Shown here: positions 1-12,043 of the stretch, one piece after another
Position numbering within the stretch: position 1 is the stretch's first letter
Layout: each line of letters begins with the position of its first letter
Source of the DNA: Octopus vulgaris
Lineage: Eukaryota
Assembly (NCBI GenBank): GCA_951406725.2
Contig: OX597816.1
Span: 167,400,001 to 167,464,000 of the forward strand
Length of the DNA: 64,000 nt
Reading direction: 5' to 3'
Notes under the pieces: generated by a model
The model's database searches: none
What the model was told of the DNA's origin: nothing
The model's input: only the letters and a program-made list of their open reading frames with translations
Made by a program: the position numbers and the translations under genes

Positions 1-547
1 CTTCTGTCAACCCAATACTATATTAGAAGACACTTGTCTAAGGTGCTGCAAAGTGGAACAGAACCCAAAGCCACGTGGTTGTAATATTTTGGGATGCGCT
101 ATGGGTTTTATAGACAGGAAGTTAACCCTTGCCAGACATTGGCAGCGCATGACCGGAACTGGGGGAGGAAATAAATGGTGGTCTCCTGAAATGTATTGGG
201 AGGAATCACTAACATGAGGTTCCCAGTGGTGCATCAAAATTTGGACATTAATATGCAACGTTCATTCTGGCATCTCTTTATCTACAGACAATATTAAGCT
301 GGATAGCAGTCTAGTTGGTCATTACTCTGACATAAATCCACTCCTACCAGCAAAGAAGACATTTTACTGGTTACAAAGTGAACTCTGTATTTTAGTACTT
401 AAAAAACTTAATTGACCAAACTTGAAAAGGTGAAAGAAAATCTTTTGTCACAAGTATGAATTGAACTCTTAACATTAAAACGAATACAGCTAGAGTACAA
501 AAACAGAATGAGGTTAGCTGCATAAAAGGTGATTCAGCTATTTTCAC

Positions 548-940
548 CATCTTTTACTTGTTTCAGTCATTAGACTGTGACCAAGCTGGGGTACTGCTTT
601 GAAGAAATTTTAGTCAAATGTATCGAACCCCACTTATCTTTGATTTTCTTTTTAAGCCTGGTCCTTATTCTAGTGGTCTCTTTGGCCAAACCATTAAGTT
701 ACAGGGACATAAGCACACCAGCACGGGCTGTCAAATGGTGGTGGTAACACAGACACACACATATACACACACACACACACATATTGGGCTTTCAGTTTCC
801 ATCCACAAAATCCACTCACAAGGCTTTGGCCAGCCCAAGACTATAGAAGAGGACGCTTGCCCAAGATGCCACACAATGTGATTGAACCCGAAACCATGTG
901 GTTGGGAAGTAAACTTCTTTCCACATGGCCACTCCTGCAC
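548..940 (-). mobile_element. SINE family A (tRNA head, internal CA/TA microsatellite, AAGTAAAAG-type tail)
   Basis: Same body as >20 copies in the window (head GGCGCAGGAGTGGCTGTGTGGTAAG...GGTTCAGTCCC). Confidence 0.85.
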
Positions 941-1597
941 CGTAACAAGACAATTTACCAACCTTGAAAAAGCAAAAGAAAAGTTTTTGTCACCAGCAAG
1001 ATCCGAACACAAAACATCAAACAAAATAACTAACTACTGCAAGAAGAGAATGAGGTTAGCTGCATAAAAGGTGATTCAGCTATTTTCACTAGAGGGGTTT
1101 TGTATAATAGAAGAAAAAATAACTCACAGAAACAAGCTAAGAGACTCGAACAGTACAACAATATGCCAAGTCACTATACACACACACACACACACTCTGT
1201 ATCCAATATCAGTAAAGAATGAGTATATATTTCATTTTTAAACCTACTTCACTGAAAAACAATACATGCTATCAGTAACAAAATGTTTCACTTTTCTAGC
1301 TTCAGTTAAATGAACATGATGTTGATGGTGATGAACATCAGGCTATGGTTGGTTGGTTTGCAAGTTCATTACTCTTCCAGCAACTAAAAACTGCAGTAAG
1401 TTGAGATTTTTGATCATGACACAGTCAAAACGAGAACCTTTTCTCCTTTTGCACAACATTCAGCAGGACTTCTCAAATTGTGGTGAACCAATGTCAGAGT
1501 TTCAACTCTTCTAAATTGGCCAAATTCACAATTCAAAGGGCCATGTTCATCGTTTATCTTGTTTTTTATTAGACAGTGACCCTTCTGAAGCACCACC

Positions 1598-2186
1598 TTT
1601 AAAAATGGTTTCTGATTATAAATATCTTGGGTCATACATATCATCATCTGGAAAAGACTTTCTAACTAGAAAGGGTATGGCCTGGTCAGCCTGTAATGAC
1701 ATGCATAAGATCTGGTCATCAAATCTAAGTAGAGACTTCAAACTTGAAATATTCAAAGCCACAGTCGAACCAATTCTACTATATGGTTCAGAAACCTGGA
1801 CGTTATCAAAGAAGCTTGAGAGGCGGTTGGATGGAACCTACACTCGCCTCCTTATGAGAGCTCAAAATCTCTCGTGGAGGCGCCATTCAACTAAAATGCA
1901 AATATATGGGAAATTACCACCTGTGTCATCTCTTGTGAAAGGTAGGAGAGTCCAGTTTGCTGGACATTGTTGTAGAGCTGAAAAAGAAGTAATTTCTACT
2001 CTTCTCCTCTGGAAGCCATCTACTCGCAACACCAGAGGGCGCACACTCTCCTACCCTGATGTAATCTCCAGGGATACAGGCATCCAGCAACAGGACCTCC
2101 GTAATGCTATGATGGACCGTGAAGTCTGGCGCAACATGGTAAATTCCATTGTCTCGACCACGGTCGAACAATGATGATGATGATGA
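1598..2186 (+). mobile_element. Young 5'-truncated RTE-clade LINE (RT C-terminus, open frame), inserted into a SINE
   Basis: ORF 1605-2174 uninterrupted: YKYLGSYIS, ILLYGSETWTL, RRVQFAGHCCR, DREVWR; stop codon starts a (TGA)5 tail; TSD TGAAGCACCACC at 1586-1597 and 2184-2195. Confidence 0.93.
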
Positions 2187-3134
2187 AGCACCACCACAAA
2201 GGGTTTTAGCTAACCAAATCGATCTTGGTACTTATTTTTGAAGTCTGCTGCTTGTTCTATAGGTGACTTTTGCTGACCCTCTAAATTACAGGAATGCAAA
2301 GGCAGCAACACTGGTTGTCAAGCAGCGAAGATGAGGATGACAGACACATGGCACCCTTCTTTCAGTTTCTTCTACTGTTCACAGAAGGCACTGTTTCCCC
2401 AAGATGCCAACAGTGGGAATTGAACCCAAAACCATGTGGATGGGAAATGATTTTAACCACACAACCATCTTTGCACCCATCAATATATTGCAATAACTGA
2501 GGTCTTTTATTTAATTTTTCTTGCTTAACAGAGTCCATGGACTTTTAACAGGGCCTTCAAGACTAGTGGAGGTAATCCTTAGACTGAAGGACCTAATCAC
2601 AAATTCTTACAACAGAGTAGACTATTAAAGGTACCCATGGGCCAGGCGGTGATGTTAAGGGAAGTAAACATTCAAGGGGCCAGGTAGTGGTGTTAAAGCA
2701 GGTAAAGGTTCAATCCTTATGATAGCTAAAATTTTGTATGTTTTTAAAGTGTTCTCATTACTAGATACCACACAGCAGCTTTGCTTTATCGTGTCTATAG
2801 AATGGTAACTTCATATGGCATTTCTCTCCAGGATCATAAGATACTCAAAGACAGGAGAGAATTTGTTGAAGGACACTGAGCAGATTGAGTAACCACAAGG
2901 AATTAGTGAAGTTTTGCTTGCAGAAATGTTCATTTATCAACAAAAACAGCTTCTGCAATTTACCATTATTTTTGCTATTTAGTTTCACAGAAGCAGAGAC
3001 TACCCTTAGTTCCATGATACAAAACTCCTGCTTTAAAAGGATCTAAAATAAAAACCTTCCATGTTCCAAACATCTGCTTAGTAAAGAATAAGTTATTTAA
3101 TTCATTATTTTCAAAATTATTCGAACTAAAGACC

Positions 3135-3390
3135 CTTTTATGTGCCAGTGGCACATAAAAAGCACCAACCAATTGTGGCTGCTGCAGCCTCCTCTGGCAC
3201 CTGTGCCAGTGGCACCTAAAAAGCATCCACTACACTCATGGAGTGGTTGGTGTTAGGAAGGGCATCCAGCTGTAGAAACACTGCCAGATCAAACTGGAGC
3301 CTGGTGCAGCCCCCTGGCTTCCCAGACCCCGGTCGAACCCTCCAACCCATGCTAGCACGGAAAACGGATGTTAAACAATGATGATGACGA
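3135..3390 (+). mobile_element. Truncated RTE 3' UTR copy with (GAT)n tail
   Basis: CACTACACTC..GAGTGGTTGG..TTAGGAAGGGCATCCAGCTGTAGAAA...CCCATGCTAGCA..GTTAAACAATGATGATG. Further copies at about 8041-8180, 9175-9320, 14010-14258, 47545-47706, 53581-53740, 61295-61410. Confidence 0.75.
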
Positions 3391-4183
3391 AATAAGGTAA
3401 CAGACGGGTTAAATAATTCACTTTGCCCAGTATACTTCAATTCAAAACACTCATGATAAAGTTAACGCAAAATTTCATGTTTCTTTTGGTTAAATTCAAT
3501 GCACAATATGAATGGTCTTTACAAACTCCCACCCCACTCCATTACAAATATAAAATATTTGCTAAGCTTAAAATGGCAGAAAGTCGTAGGGAAAGATTAC
3601 TGAAGAAAATAGTTTTGTAAGAGAAAAAGGCCAAAAAGTAAAAAAAAATAATATAATATTCGTTCCGATGACAGACTAGTGACATAAGGAGAAACTTATA
3701 TGGTATGATAATGTAGTGAAAATAAACAAGACATTAATACTAAATATATATGATGTTTAAATATGGGTTGAGGAGGTATGAAATGGTTTCTACACTGAGA
3801 AAGACAGCGATATTCATTAACAGGACATCTGAAGTGTTTAAAGCAAAATACTTGTTGGCATGGTTCAAGACGAATTTAGTTTGAATGTTGAAATTATCAA
3901 TTATTTGTTTCACATCTGTTTTCCCATTCTAGTATGGGTTTGATGGCTTGACAGGGGCTGACGAGCCAAGGGGTTACATCAAATTTCAATGTCTAGTTTG
4001 GTATGGTTTTTATAGTTGGAAGCTATTCTTAACACCAACCAATTTACAAAATGTACTAGGTGCTTTTTAATGTGGCACCAGCACTAGTGAGGTCACCAAA
4101 TAGCTCAATACAAAACCTCTCGACAGAGGTGAGTGTAATATTAAGGGCAGTGATATCAGGTGATGACAGGTTAAAAGGTGACA

Positions 4184-4560
4184 ATCATCATCACCATCAA
4201 GATCCCTTAACTGACACAGTCAGTCATTGGGGTGCCACTCTAGATGCTTTCTTAGCTGTCACCACTGGTCTCTGTTCTCTAGCATCTGTAGCAGGTTCTG
4301 TGTTGTGACTTGTCCAGTTCTGGATTTTGTCAAACCAGGATTTTCTGTCTACCTCTCTTAACTGTACCCTGGGAGAATGGTTTTGGACAGGTGTTGTGGT
4401 AGGATACATGACCGTACCAGACAATCTTTTGGCATTTTACCTGTACAAGGAGTGGTTCCTGCCTGCCAGCATATTTGTTGACTTGCCATCTGATAATATA
4501 TAACTTAAAAAGTTCTCTGCATCACTTCTACCATTTTATGGAATGCTTCTAACAAGAACT
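4184..4560 (-). mobile_element. Old RTE LINE 3' fragment
   Basis: Minus strand with frameshifts: QVNKYAGRQEPLLVQVK..IVWYGHV...QGTVKRGRQ/RKSWFDKIQNWT...ASRVAPQ followed by a (GAT)n-like tail. Confidence 0.75.
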
Positions 4561-4626
4561 AGAAGAGGAAACTTAGCCATGGTCAATTTTCACTCAAACC
4601 ATTAATTAACAATTTCTTTATCAATA

Positions 4627-5066
4627 TGTGAAGGTGTGTAGCCTAGTGGTGAGTGTATTCAGCTAATGATCATAAAGTCACAAGTTTGATTCCTGGCGAC
4701 ACATTGGGTCCTTGAGCAAGACCCTTTATTTCACATTGCTCCAGTCCACTCAGCTGGCAAAAAGTATCTGTAATTCAATGGGCTGGCCCCTGTCATATTT
4801 GGTGCATCGAGGTGAATCACTCAGAGAACTCTGTTAAGGGTGGAATGTCTTCAAAGCTGGTAGGAACAGATTCATGCCAACGAGTACTGACCAATTAGAT
4901 TGCTATGCAAGTAATATTGTCTGCAGACATGTGCTGTCATGTGCTGGTAATGTCCGGCAAGGGAGATAACTATCTATAAAACCCATAGCACATCTCAGAA
5001 AATCACAAAGGGTATGTGAGTCGAGAGTGTTTAGCTACTTGCATGTTAATTCCATGAACAAGTTGT
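4627..5066 (+). mobile_element. Old tRNA-derived SINE (family C relative) interrupted by a 166-bp insertion
   Basis: Head GGTGTGTAGCCTAGTGG...GTTTGATTCC, body GTCCTTGAGCAAGAC..., 3' part aligns to the 32567-32952 element. Confidence 0.7.
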
Positions 5067-5194
5067 CCAAAGTGCCACACAGTAGGAGTGAACCCAAGAC
5101 CATATGATTGGGAAGTGAGCTTAACCACACAGCTACACTTGCATCTAAAATTAAACCTAGTAAAGTCTTAGCAAAAAGAAATAAAAAAATCTTC

Positions 5195-5372
5195 TGCCAT
5201 GTGGGAAATGACCTTGCAAAGTATGCAAAGAATGTGAAGGTAGGAATTCTATATGATGTACCTAATGTAAACTGAGATCAAGAGAGATGCAATGGGATCG
5301 CAGACAGGCTGCCAGAGAAGAAGATGAGCTTTATGTGTAGCAGATATACAAGAATAGTTAGCAGTAAGAACA
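5195..5372 (+). mobile_element. Degenerate RTE fragment (Cys-rich PHD-like insert region)
   Basis: Reads GK*PCKVCKE.EGRNSI*CT*CKL../KRCNGIADRL...FMCSRY, a CxxC...CxxC...C...C pattern found within some RTE ORFs. Confidence 0.5.
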
Positions 5373-5766
5373 CCCTTAAAAATAAATTCTTTTAAATGCC
5401 CTAAAGGGTCCTTAAAAAACAAGTATTCGTTACTTAGCTATTCCAGAACTCTGCTGCAAAATCTTAAGTAGAGGTGGGGGGACAAAATATTTGATTAATA
5501 TTTCTTGGCGGTGGGGGGTAGTATTTTAGTATTTGTCAATTTATGAACTACTGTATTTAATGATTCTCTCATCACTCCAGCTAATAATTAACTGATCTGT
5601 TTGTTTGTTTTTTTTTCAAATCGATGTCATATCTGAGAAATAGATCTATGATTTATTAGTTTGAGAATTTATATAATTTTATCAGCTAAAATAAAAGAAA
5701 AAATATTTCCTTTATGAAGTAAAATTAGCAATGGAGGAGGATGTTCTAGAAGTATAGTAACCAGAT

Positions 5767-5985
5767 TAACCTTTTTGATACCAACCCGGCTGAAACCGCC
5801 CCTGGTTCGGTAGTACAAATGTCTTGCTTTCATAAGTTTTGAATTAAAATCTTCCACCAAACCTTAGTCACAATTTATGTTCCTGACATTAGCTTAATGA
5901 TAACTAAGTTATTTCACTAAATTCTTTGTTATATTTATAGTAATTGAAAGAAACACAGAGCCTCTCAAAATAAATACAGTAAAAG
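5767..5985. mobile_element. piggyBac-like MITE (TTAA-CCT/CCC start); related starts at ~7558 and ~8980
   Basis: TTAACCTTTTTGATACCAACCCGGCTGAAACCGCCCCT matches TTAACCCTTTTCATACCACCCCACCTGAAACTGCCCCT at 7558; right TIR not clearly preserved. Confidence 0.45.
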
Positions 5986-5994
5986 CAAAGTGAA

Positions 5995-6280
5995 AGGCAG
6001 TTGATTGTATGATGCTTGTTCCAAATTGCATGTTGGTGACAGGAAGGTCCCTGCATGTGTGAAGACCAGGAAGAAAGGAGGTGAACATGATCTGTTAGAT
6101 GCATAATGTCAGAGTGCATGAATAATAGGGTACAAATGTAGCAGACAAGAAAGGTGTTGGTATAGATTTGTGATGCATATAAAGAATGACGGTTGGATAA
6201 AGAACAGGCAAATGATCCAAGAGGAAGGAACCTACAGAAGAGGAAGACTTGAAGAGACATGGTATGAGGTTGGGAAAGAA
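5995..6280 (+). mobile_element. Degenerate RTE RT C-terminal fragment
   Basis: Remnants EVNMIC*MHNVRVHE, RCWYRFVMH, EGTYRRGRLEETWYEV. Confidence 0.6.
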
Positions 6281-7827
6281 TATTTTTAAGTCTGGTACCT
6301 ATTTCTTTACTACCCACAAAGGGCTAAACACAGAGAGGACAAACAAACGGATTAAGTCAATTATATCAACCCCAGTGCATAACTGGTACTTATTTAATCG
6401 ACCCCGTAAGGATGAAAGGCAAAGTCGACCTCGGCGGAATTTGAACTCAGAACGTAGCACAGATGAAATACTGCTAAGCATTTCATCCGGTGTGCTAACG
6501 TTTCTGCCAGCTAGCCTGGTACCTATTCTATCGATCTCTTTGGCCAAATTACTAAGTTACAGGAGAAGTAAACACACCAGTTCCAATCATTAAGCAGTGG
6601 CTGGAACAAACAAACAAACACACACACACACACAAACACATTATACATATGTGGGCAGAACTGTGACATGGGATCAGCAACTAGTCTGAGCTGAAATAGT
6701 TTCTGGCTCCAAAGTGAAGAACCAACTTTTGTGATGCCCTTTTGGTGCTGTTGCAGATGTCATGTTTGTTATGAAAGATCATTTCAGATTGTAAAATTTG
6801 TTGTTTTAGCAAGGTCATGTTTCCTTGATGGGAATGGCGACTGTTCTTGTAAGTTGTTCAATGAGACTAGGTTGTTATCTGTAGGAGGATGTTTACAATA
6901 TTTCTATGTAATAATGCATGACTGATGAGAGGCTACTGGGTTGTGTGTAGATAATCCCTGAGGTCTATGTGAATGAGGGCATCAGCTGTGGAAGAGCCTG
7001 TTGATTAAAACTAGCAAGTAGGTCACCTATAAAGTGTTGGGAACACAACTAAACATTGAAATCTACCACAGTGAATAGAACGTGGGTTAGAGATATCAGC
7101 ACGTGGGTTAGAGATATCAGCAGCACCATCATCATTTATGCTTGCCTTCCATCTTAGTGCCAATTGGTTGAACCCGACACAGCCCATGCCAGTTGTTATC
7201 AGAATTATTGCCTTTATAGACAGGTCAGGGTTTGCCTCTCTCTACTTCTGGTCCCTGTCTTTAGGGAAACTTCCAGTCCAAATGATAAAAACAGGTGGCG
7301 GCTATAACAGGTTATCATAGAGGTTATCAAGACCTCTTGATATCAAGTTCAAATCCCACCAAGAAAGTTTTTGTAAATTCATCTTTCCATTGTCAATATA
7401 AAAAAAAAAAAGGCACCACAAAGAATCACTGGTACCAATGGAACCAATTTAATCAACTCTATACATTTTTCTGAAAAAGTCTGTGTTATCCCAATGCAAA
7501 TAAAATGGATATAAGAAAAATGTCTGGATTACTTGGAACAAAATTTACAATAATTCATTAACCCTTTTCATACCACCCCACCTGAAACTGCCCCTTATTC
7601 TAAGATATAGGCAATTTTTTATAAAGGTCTTAAAAATTGAAAGGTTCTAAAAAAAAAAAAAGGAAAAAAATCTTATGGTAATACAGATAATTTCTTACAA
7701 GGAATCTTTAGAGCATTTAGTAGTAGAAACCATGTCAAAAGAAACATTGGAGTTCAATGCAGTCCTCCGGTTTGTTGGATCCTGCCAAAATCGTCCAACT
7801 CATGCAAGAAGGAAAAAGTGAAATGTT

Positions 7828-8362
7828 ACTCTTTTACGTGTTTCAGTCATGTAACTGTGGCCATGCTGGAGCACCACCTTTAGTCGAGCCAATCGACCCC
7901 AGGACTTATTCTTTGTAAGCCTAGTACTTATTCTATCGGTCTCTTTTACATAACAGCTAAGTTACGGGGACGTAAACACACCAGCTTCGGTTGTCAAGTG
8001 ATGTTGGAGGGACAAACACAGACACAAACATACACACACACATCATCATCATCATCGTTTAACGTCCGCTTTCCGCGCTAGCACGGGTTGGACGGTTCGA
8101 TCGGGGTCTGGGAAGCCAGGGGCTGCTCCAGGCTCCAGTCTGATCTGGCAGAGTTTCTACAGCTGGATGCCCTTCCTAACATATATATATATATATATAC
8201 GATGGGCTTCTTTTCAGTTTCCGTCTACCAAATCCACTCACAAGGCTTTGGTCGGCCCGAGACTATAGTAGAAGTCACTTGCCCAAGGTGCCACACAGTG
8301 AGACTGAATCCGGAACCATGTGGTTCGTAAGCAAGCTACTTACCACACAGCCACTCCTATGC
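7828..8362 (-). mobile_element. SINE family A with nested RTE 3' UTR fragment (8041-8180)
   Basis: Full tail-to-head match to family A; insertion sits in the central microsatellite. Confidence 0.85.
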
Positions 8363-9399
8363 CTTGTGAAATTAAATTAAAAAAATTATTCTCTTCCACT
8401 AAGAAACAATGCATAGCTAACAACCTCATATTTGTAAAGAAGCACAGATGATTGGATGCAGCGCAAGATTAAAATTGGTTTTATTATTCTTGGGTCAAAC
8501 CAGCAAGTTGGCAGAATTGTTAGAATATTGAACAAGATGCTTAGCAGCATTTCTTTAACATTTTATGCCCAGTTCAAATTCCACCACTTTGCCTTTTATA
8601 CTTTCAGGGTCAATAAAATAAGTACCGGTCAAGTACTGAAGCCAGTGTAATCAACTCGCCCTTCCCCTCAAAATTGCTGATTTGGCCTCGTGCCAAAATT
8701 AGACAAAAATTATTAACCTGGAGTTTGATAAAGATCAAAGTGAACTTCAATTTTGTTCAGGATATTAGGAAACAAAATCTAAAGAGATGTTTTGACTGAA
8801 CATGAAGCCAATTAGCTAAAGAAACAGTATATTAATTGATTATATCTATCACAATGTCTTCCTGAGATTTCTCAGTCTGGAGAATAAAATGATAAAAATC
8901 AATCACTACAGAACTTAGGTTTAGAAATAATGACAATTATTTTACGTTAGATAAGTTATCCTCCTCCAGAAATCTATATTTAACCCTTTTAGTATTCCAG
9001 TTACTCTGTCAAATACAATGCTTATTTATTCACTATGTTTTGAGTTCATCATGCATTATCTCATAGCTTTGAGATTTTGATATTATCTTTGGAATGACAT
9101 TGTAGGGGAGGTGTGAGAGGTCAGATCTGGTCAGTTTGAATAAAAAAGAGATACAACCTGTTTAATAAAAAAACATCATCATAATTGTTTAACATACATT
9201 TTCTATGCTGGCATGGATTGGACAGTTTGACTGAAGTCTGGAGAACCAGATGGCTGCACCAGGCTCCAATCTGATCTGGCAATGTTTCTACAGCTGGATG
9301 CCCTTCCTAACGCCAACCACTATAAGTATGCATTTTGGCAAAACAGACCAATAGAATAAGTATCAGGATTTAAGAAAAACAAATGTACTGAGGTCTCTC

Positions 9400-9765
9400 T
9401 TTACTCTTTTACTTGTTTCAGTCATTTGACTGCGGCCATACTGGTGCACCGCCTTTAGTCGAGCAAATCAACCCCGGGACTTATTCTTCGTAAGCCCAGT
9501 ACTTATTCTATCGGTCTCTTTTGCCAAACTGCTAAGTGACGGGGACGTAAACACACCAGCATTGGTTGTCAAGCAATGCTAGGGGGACAAACACACATAT
9601 ATACGACAGGCTTCTTTCAGTTTCCATCTACCAAATCCACTCACAAGGCATTGGTCGGTCTGGGACTATAGCAGAAGACACTTGCCCAAGATGCCATGCA
9701 GTGGGACTGAACCCGGAACCATGTGGTTGGTCAGCAAGCTACTTACCACACAGCCACTCCTGAGC
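9400..9765 (-). mobile_element. SINE family A
   Basis: Full-length match to family A. Confidence 0.88.
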
Positions 9766-9960
9766 ATAGTCTATTCATTCAACTGAAAATTCAAGACAGT
9801 GCCCCAGCATGGCCACAGTCTAATGATTGAAACAAGTAAAAGATGAGTTCAGTATACATTTAAGTATAAAACTGAGCTGGTAGAATCACGAGTGCATCGG
9901 ATTAAATGCTTAGCAGCATGTCTTTTGGCTGTTTACATTCTGAATTCAGATCCTGAAGAC

Positions 9961-10358
9961 AGTGGCAAGCTGGCAGAAACATTATCACGCGGGCAAAATG
10001 CTTAACAGTATTTCATCTGCCGCTACGTTCTGAGTTCAAATTCCGCCGAGGTCGACTTTGCCTTTCATCCTTTCGGGGTCGATTAAATAAGTACCAGTTA
10101 CGCACTGGAGTCAATGTAAATTGACTTAATCCGTTTGTCTGTCCTTGATTGTCCCCTCTGTGTGTAGCCCCTTGTGGGCAGTAAAGAAATAGGTATTTCG
10201 TCTGTCTTTATGTTCTGAGTCCAAATTCCTCCGATGTCAACTTTGCCTTTCATCCTTTCAGGGTCGATGTATTAAGTACCAGTTGTATACTGGGGTCGAT
10301 CTCATTGACTGGCCCCACTCCCCAAAAATTTCGGGCCTTATGCCTAGAGTAGAAAAGA
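9961..10358 (+). mobile_element. SINE family B, dimeric form
   Basis: Head GGCRAGCTGGCAGAA...GTTCTGAGTTCAAATTCC, central GTCGACTTTGCCTTTCATCCTTTCGGGGTCGAT..AAGTACCAG, then a second partial unit with a different tail. Confidence 0.82.
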
Positions 10359-10827
10359 TCCTGTTGAAGTCAACTTTCTCTTTCATATTTTTGTGGTCAA
10401 TAAAATAAAGTACCAGTCAAGCACTGGAGTTGATGTAGTCGACATGCCCCTCCCCTCAAAATTGCTAGCTTTGTACCAAAATTTGAAATATTTTATAGAA
10501 TTCTGGAGACAAAGAAAGAGTAGATAGGAAGGGAGGGGAAAAAGAGAGAAAACAAGGAAAAAAGGGGAGGAGGAAGTATTTATGGATTAATCTAAGTCGG
10601 TCAGATTAATTCTCAACATTTTTTGTTTTTTTATATTATTGCAACAGAGAGAAAACTGATCACAGGTGATACAAAATGAAAGGTAACACTTTAGTCTTAG
10701 ATACAGATGTGGAGATTAGTGTAGGTTGTCTTTAGTATTTGTAAATAATTTTGTCAAGGTCACTTCTCTAAGTAATAAATGGAGAGTATTATCTGAGAAC
10801 ACTAAGGTGTAAAAAGATTAAATAATA

Positions 10828-11150
10828 GACGCAGGTATGGCTGTGTGGTAAGAAGCTCCAGGTTCAGTCCCACCTGGTAGAACTTTGGGCAAGTGTCTTC
10901 TACTATAGCCATAGCCTGACCAAAGACTTGTGAGTGGATTTGGTAGAAGGAAACTGACAGAAGCTCGTGCGTGTATGTTTGTGTTCCACTACAGCTTGAC
11001 AACTGGTGTGAGTTTATATCTCTGTAACCTAGCAGTACAGTAAGAAGAGACTGATAGAATAGGTACCAGGATTTAAAAAATAAGAAGTGGAGTCAATTCG
11101 TTTGACAAAAAATTTAAGGCAGTGCCCCAACATGGCCACCAACTAATGAG
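10828..11150 (+). mobile_element. SINE family A (older)
   Basis: Head GACGCAGGTATGGCTGTGTGGTAAG, body and tail recognisable. Confidence 0.8.
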
Positions 11151-11807
11151 AATGAGTTTAGAGAATAAGAAAAAATAGGTAGTGAGTACCTGTCATTAGT
11201 GATATTAATATACATTGGGAATTTTTCCAGGTAGATGTTTACACACTGTGAGGGGGAAGAGGCTGGAATGGAATTCCCCTAATCTAGCTCGTTTCCCTCC
11301 ACCTCAACAAAAGCTTTATGGACAAAGATAGAAAAACAACAGAAATTAAAATAAAAAATGAATACATTACACATTTTAATTACTATATAATGAGCTATAT
11401 TACTATAATTACTATATAAGGTGTGTGAATATTTTAATCACAAACCTCTTAATACGCCAGATATTGATCAACTATCTGAGAGCTAAGTCAAAAGATAAGG
11501 TGTTTAATGAACTTTAATTAGCACTCCATTGATCTTTAAAAAAATTAATTAAGGGGGAAGGTCAATGACCTGATTTAAATGACATATACAAAGAACAAAA
11601 AAATAAAAACTTTAAAAATCAATCAGAAACTAATATCATCACCAGATCAGTAAATCTAGACAGATTTTATTCGGAATAATATTTAGGAAAACAAATGTAC
11701 ACAGAACCTCGTTATAGCCCATGCTGTGTAGTTTTATTCTTTGCTTGTTTTCTTTAACACTTTAAGGAGGTCATCAAGGTATGGCAGTAATAAAACTGAA
11801 GTATTTG

Positions 11808-11855
<48 letters not shown>

Positions 11856-11857
<2 letters not shown>

Positions 11858-11965
11858 GCCGTGACTGCTGAGGATATGCGTAAGCTCGCTAGAAATGAAG
11901 CCAGTATGCTCCGATGGATGTGTAATGCCGGTACTCACACTCGGCAGAGTGTAAGTACCTTGAGT
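11856..11965 (+). mobile_element. Short RTE fragment
   Basis: WAVTAEDMRKLARNEASMLRWMCN, the region following the YGSETW motif of RTE RTs; sits between (TA)n and the hammerhead at 11989. Confidence 0.75.
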
Positions 11966-11988
11966 AAAATTAATTTATTATATAGAAG

Positions 11989-12042
11989 GAGCTTCTACAG
12001 GACTAGTACTGTTTCATTCTAAGAGAAATCTTCAGGAAGCTC
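11989..12042 (-). ncRNA. Type I hammerhead ribozyme (family 1)
   Basis: Minus strand: GAGCUUC-CUGAAGA-u(UUCU cuu AGAA)u-GAAA-CAG uacuaguc CU-GUA/GAAGCUC. Perfect 7-bp stem I, conserved CUGANGA and GAAA core, 4-bp stem III ACAG/CUGU, GUA cleavage triplet (cut between 11996 and 11995). First stem II position is an atypical U-U. Confidence 0.8.
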
Positions 12043-12043
12043 T

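Noticed and set aside
1414-1560. Possible terminal exon INDEHGPLNCEFGQ...
   Set aside because: No pyrimidine-rich acceptor, no resemblance to the expected osp PH-domain exon.
6660-7100. Possible Penelope/Neptune GIY-YIG remnant
   Set aside because: Too degenerate to show diagnostic motifs by eye.
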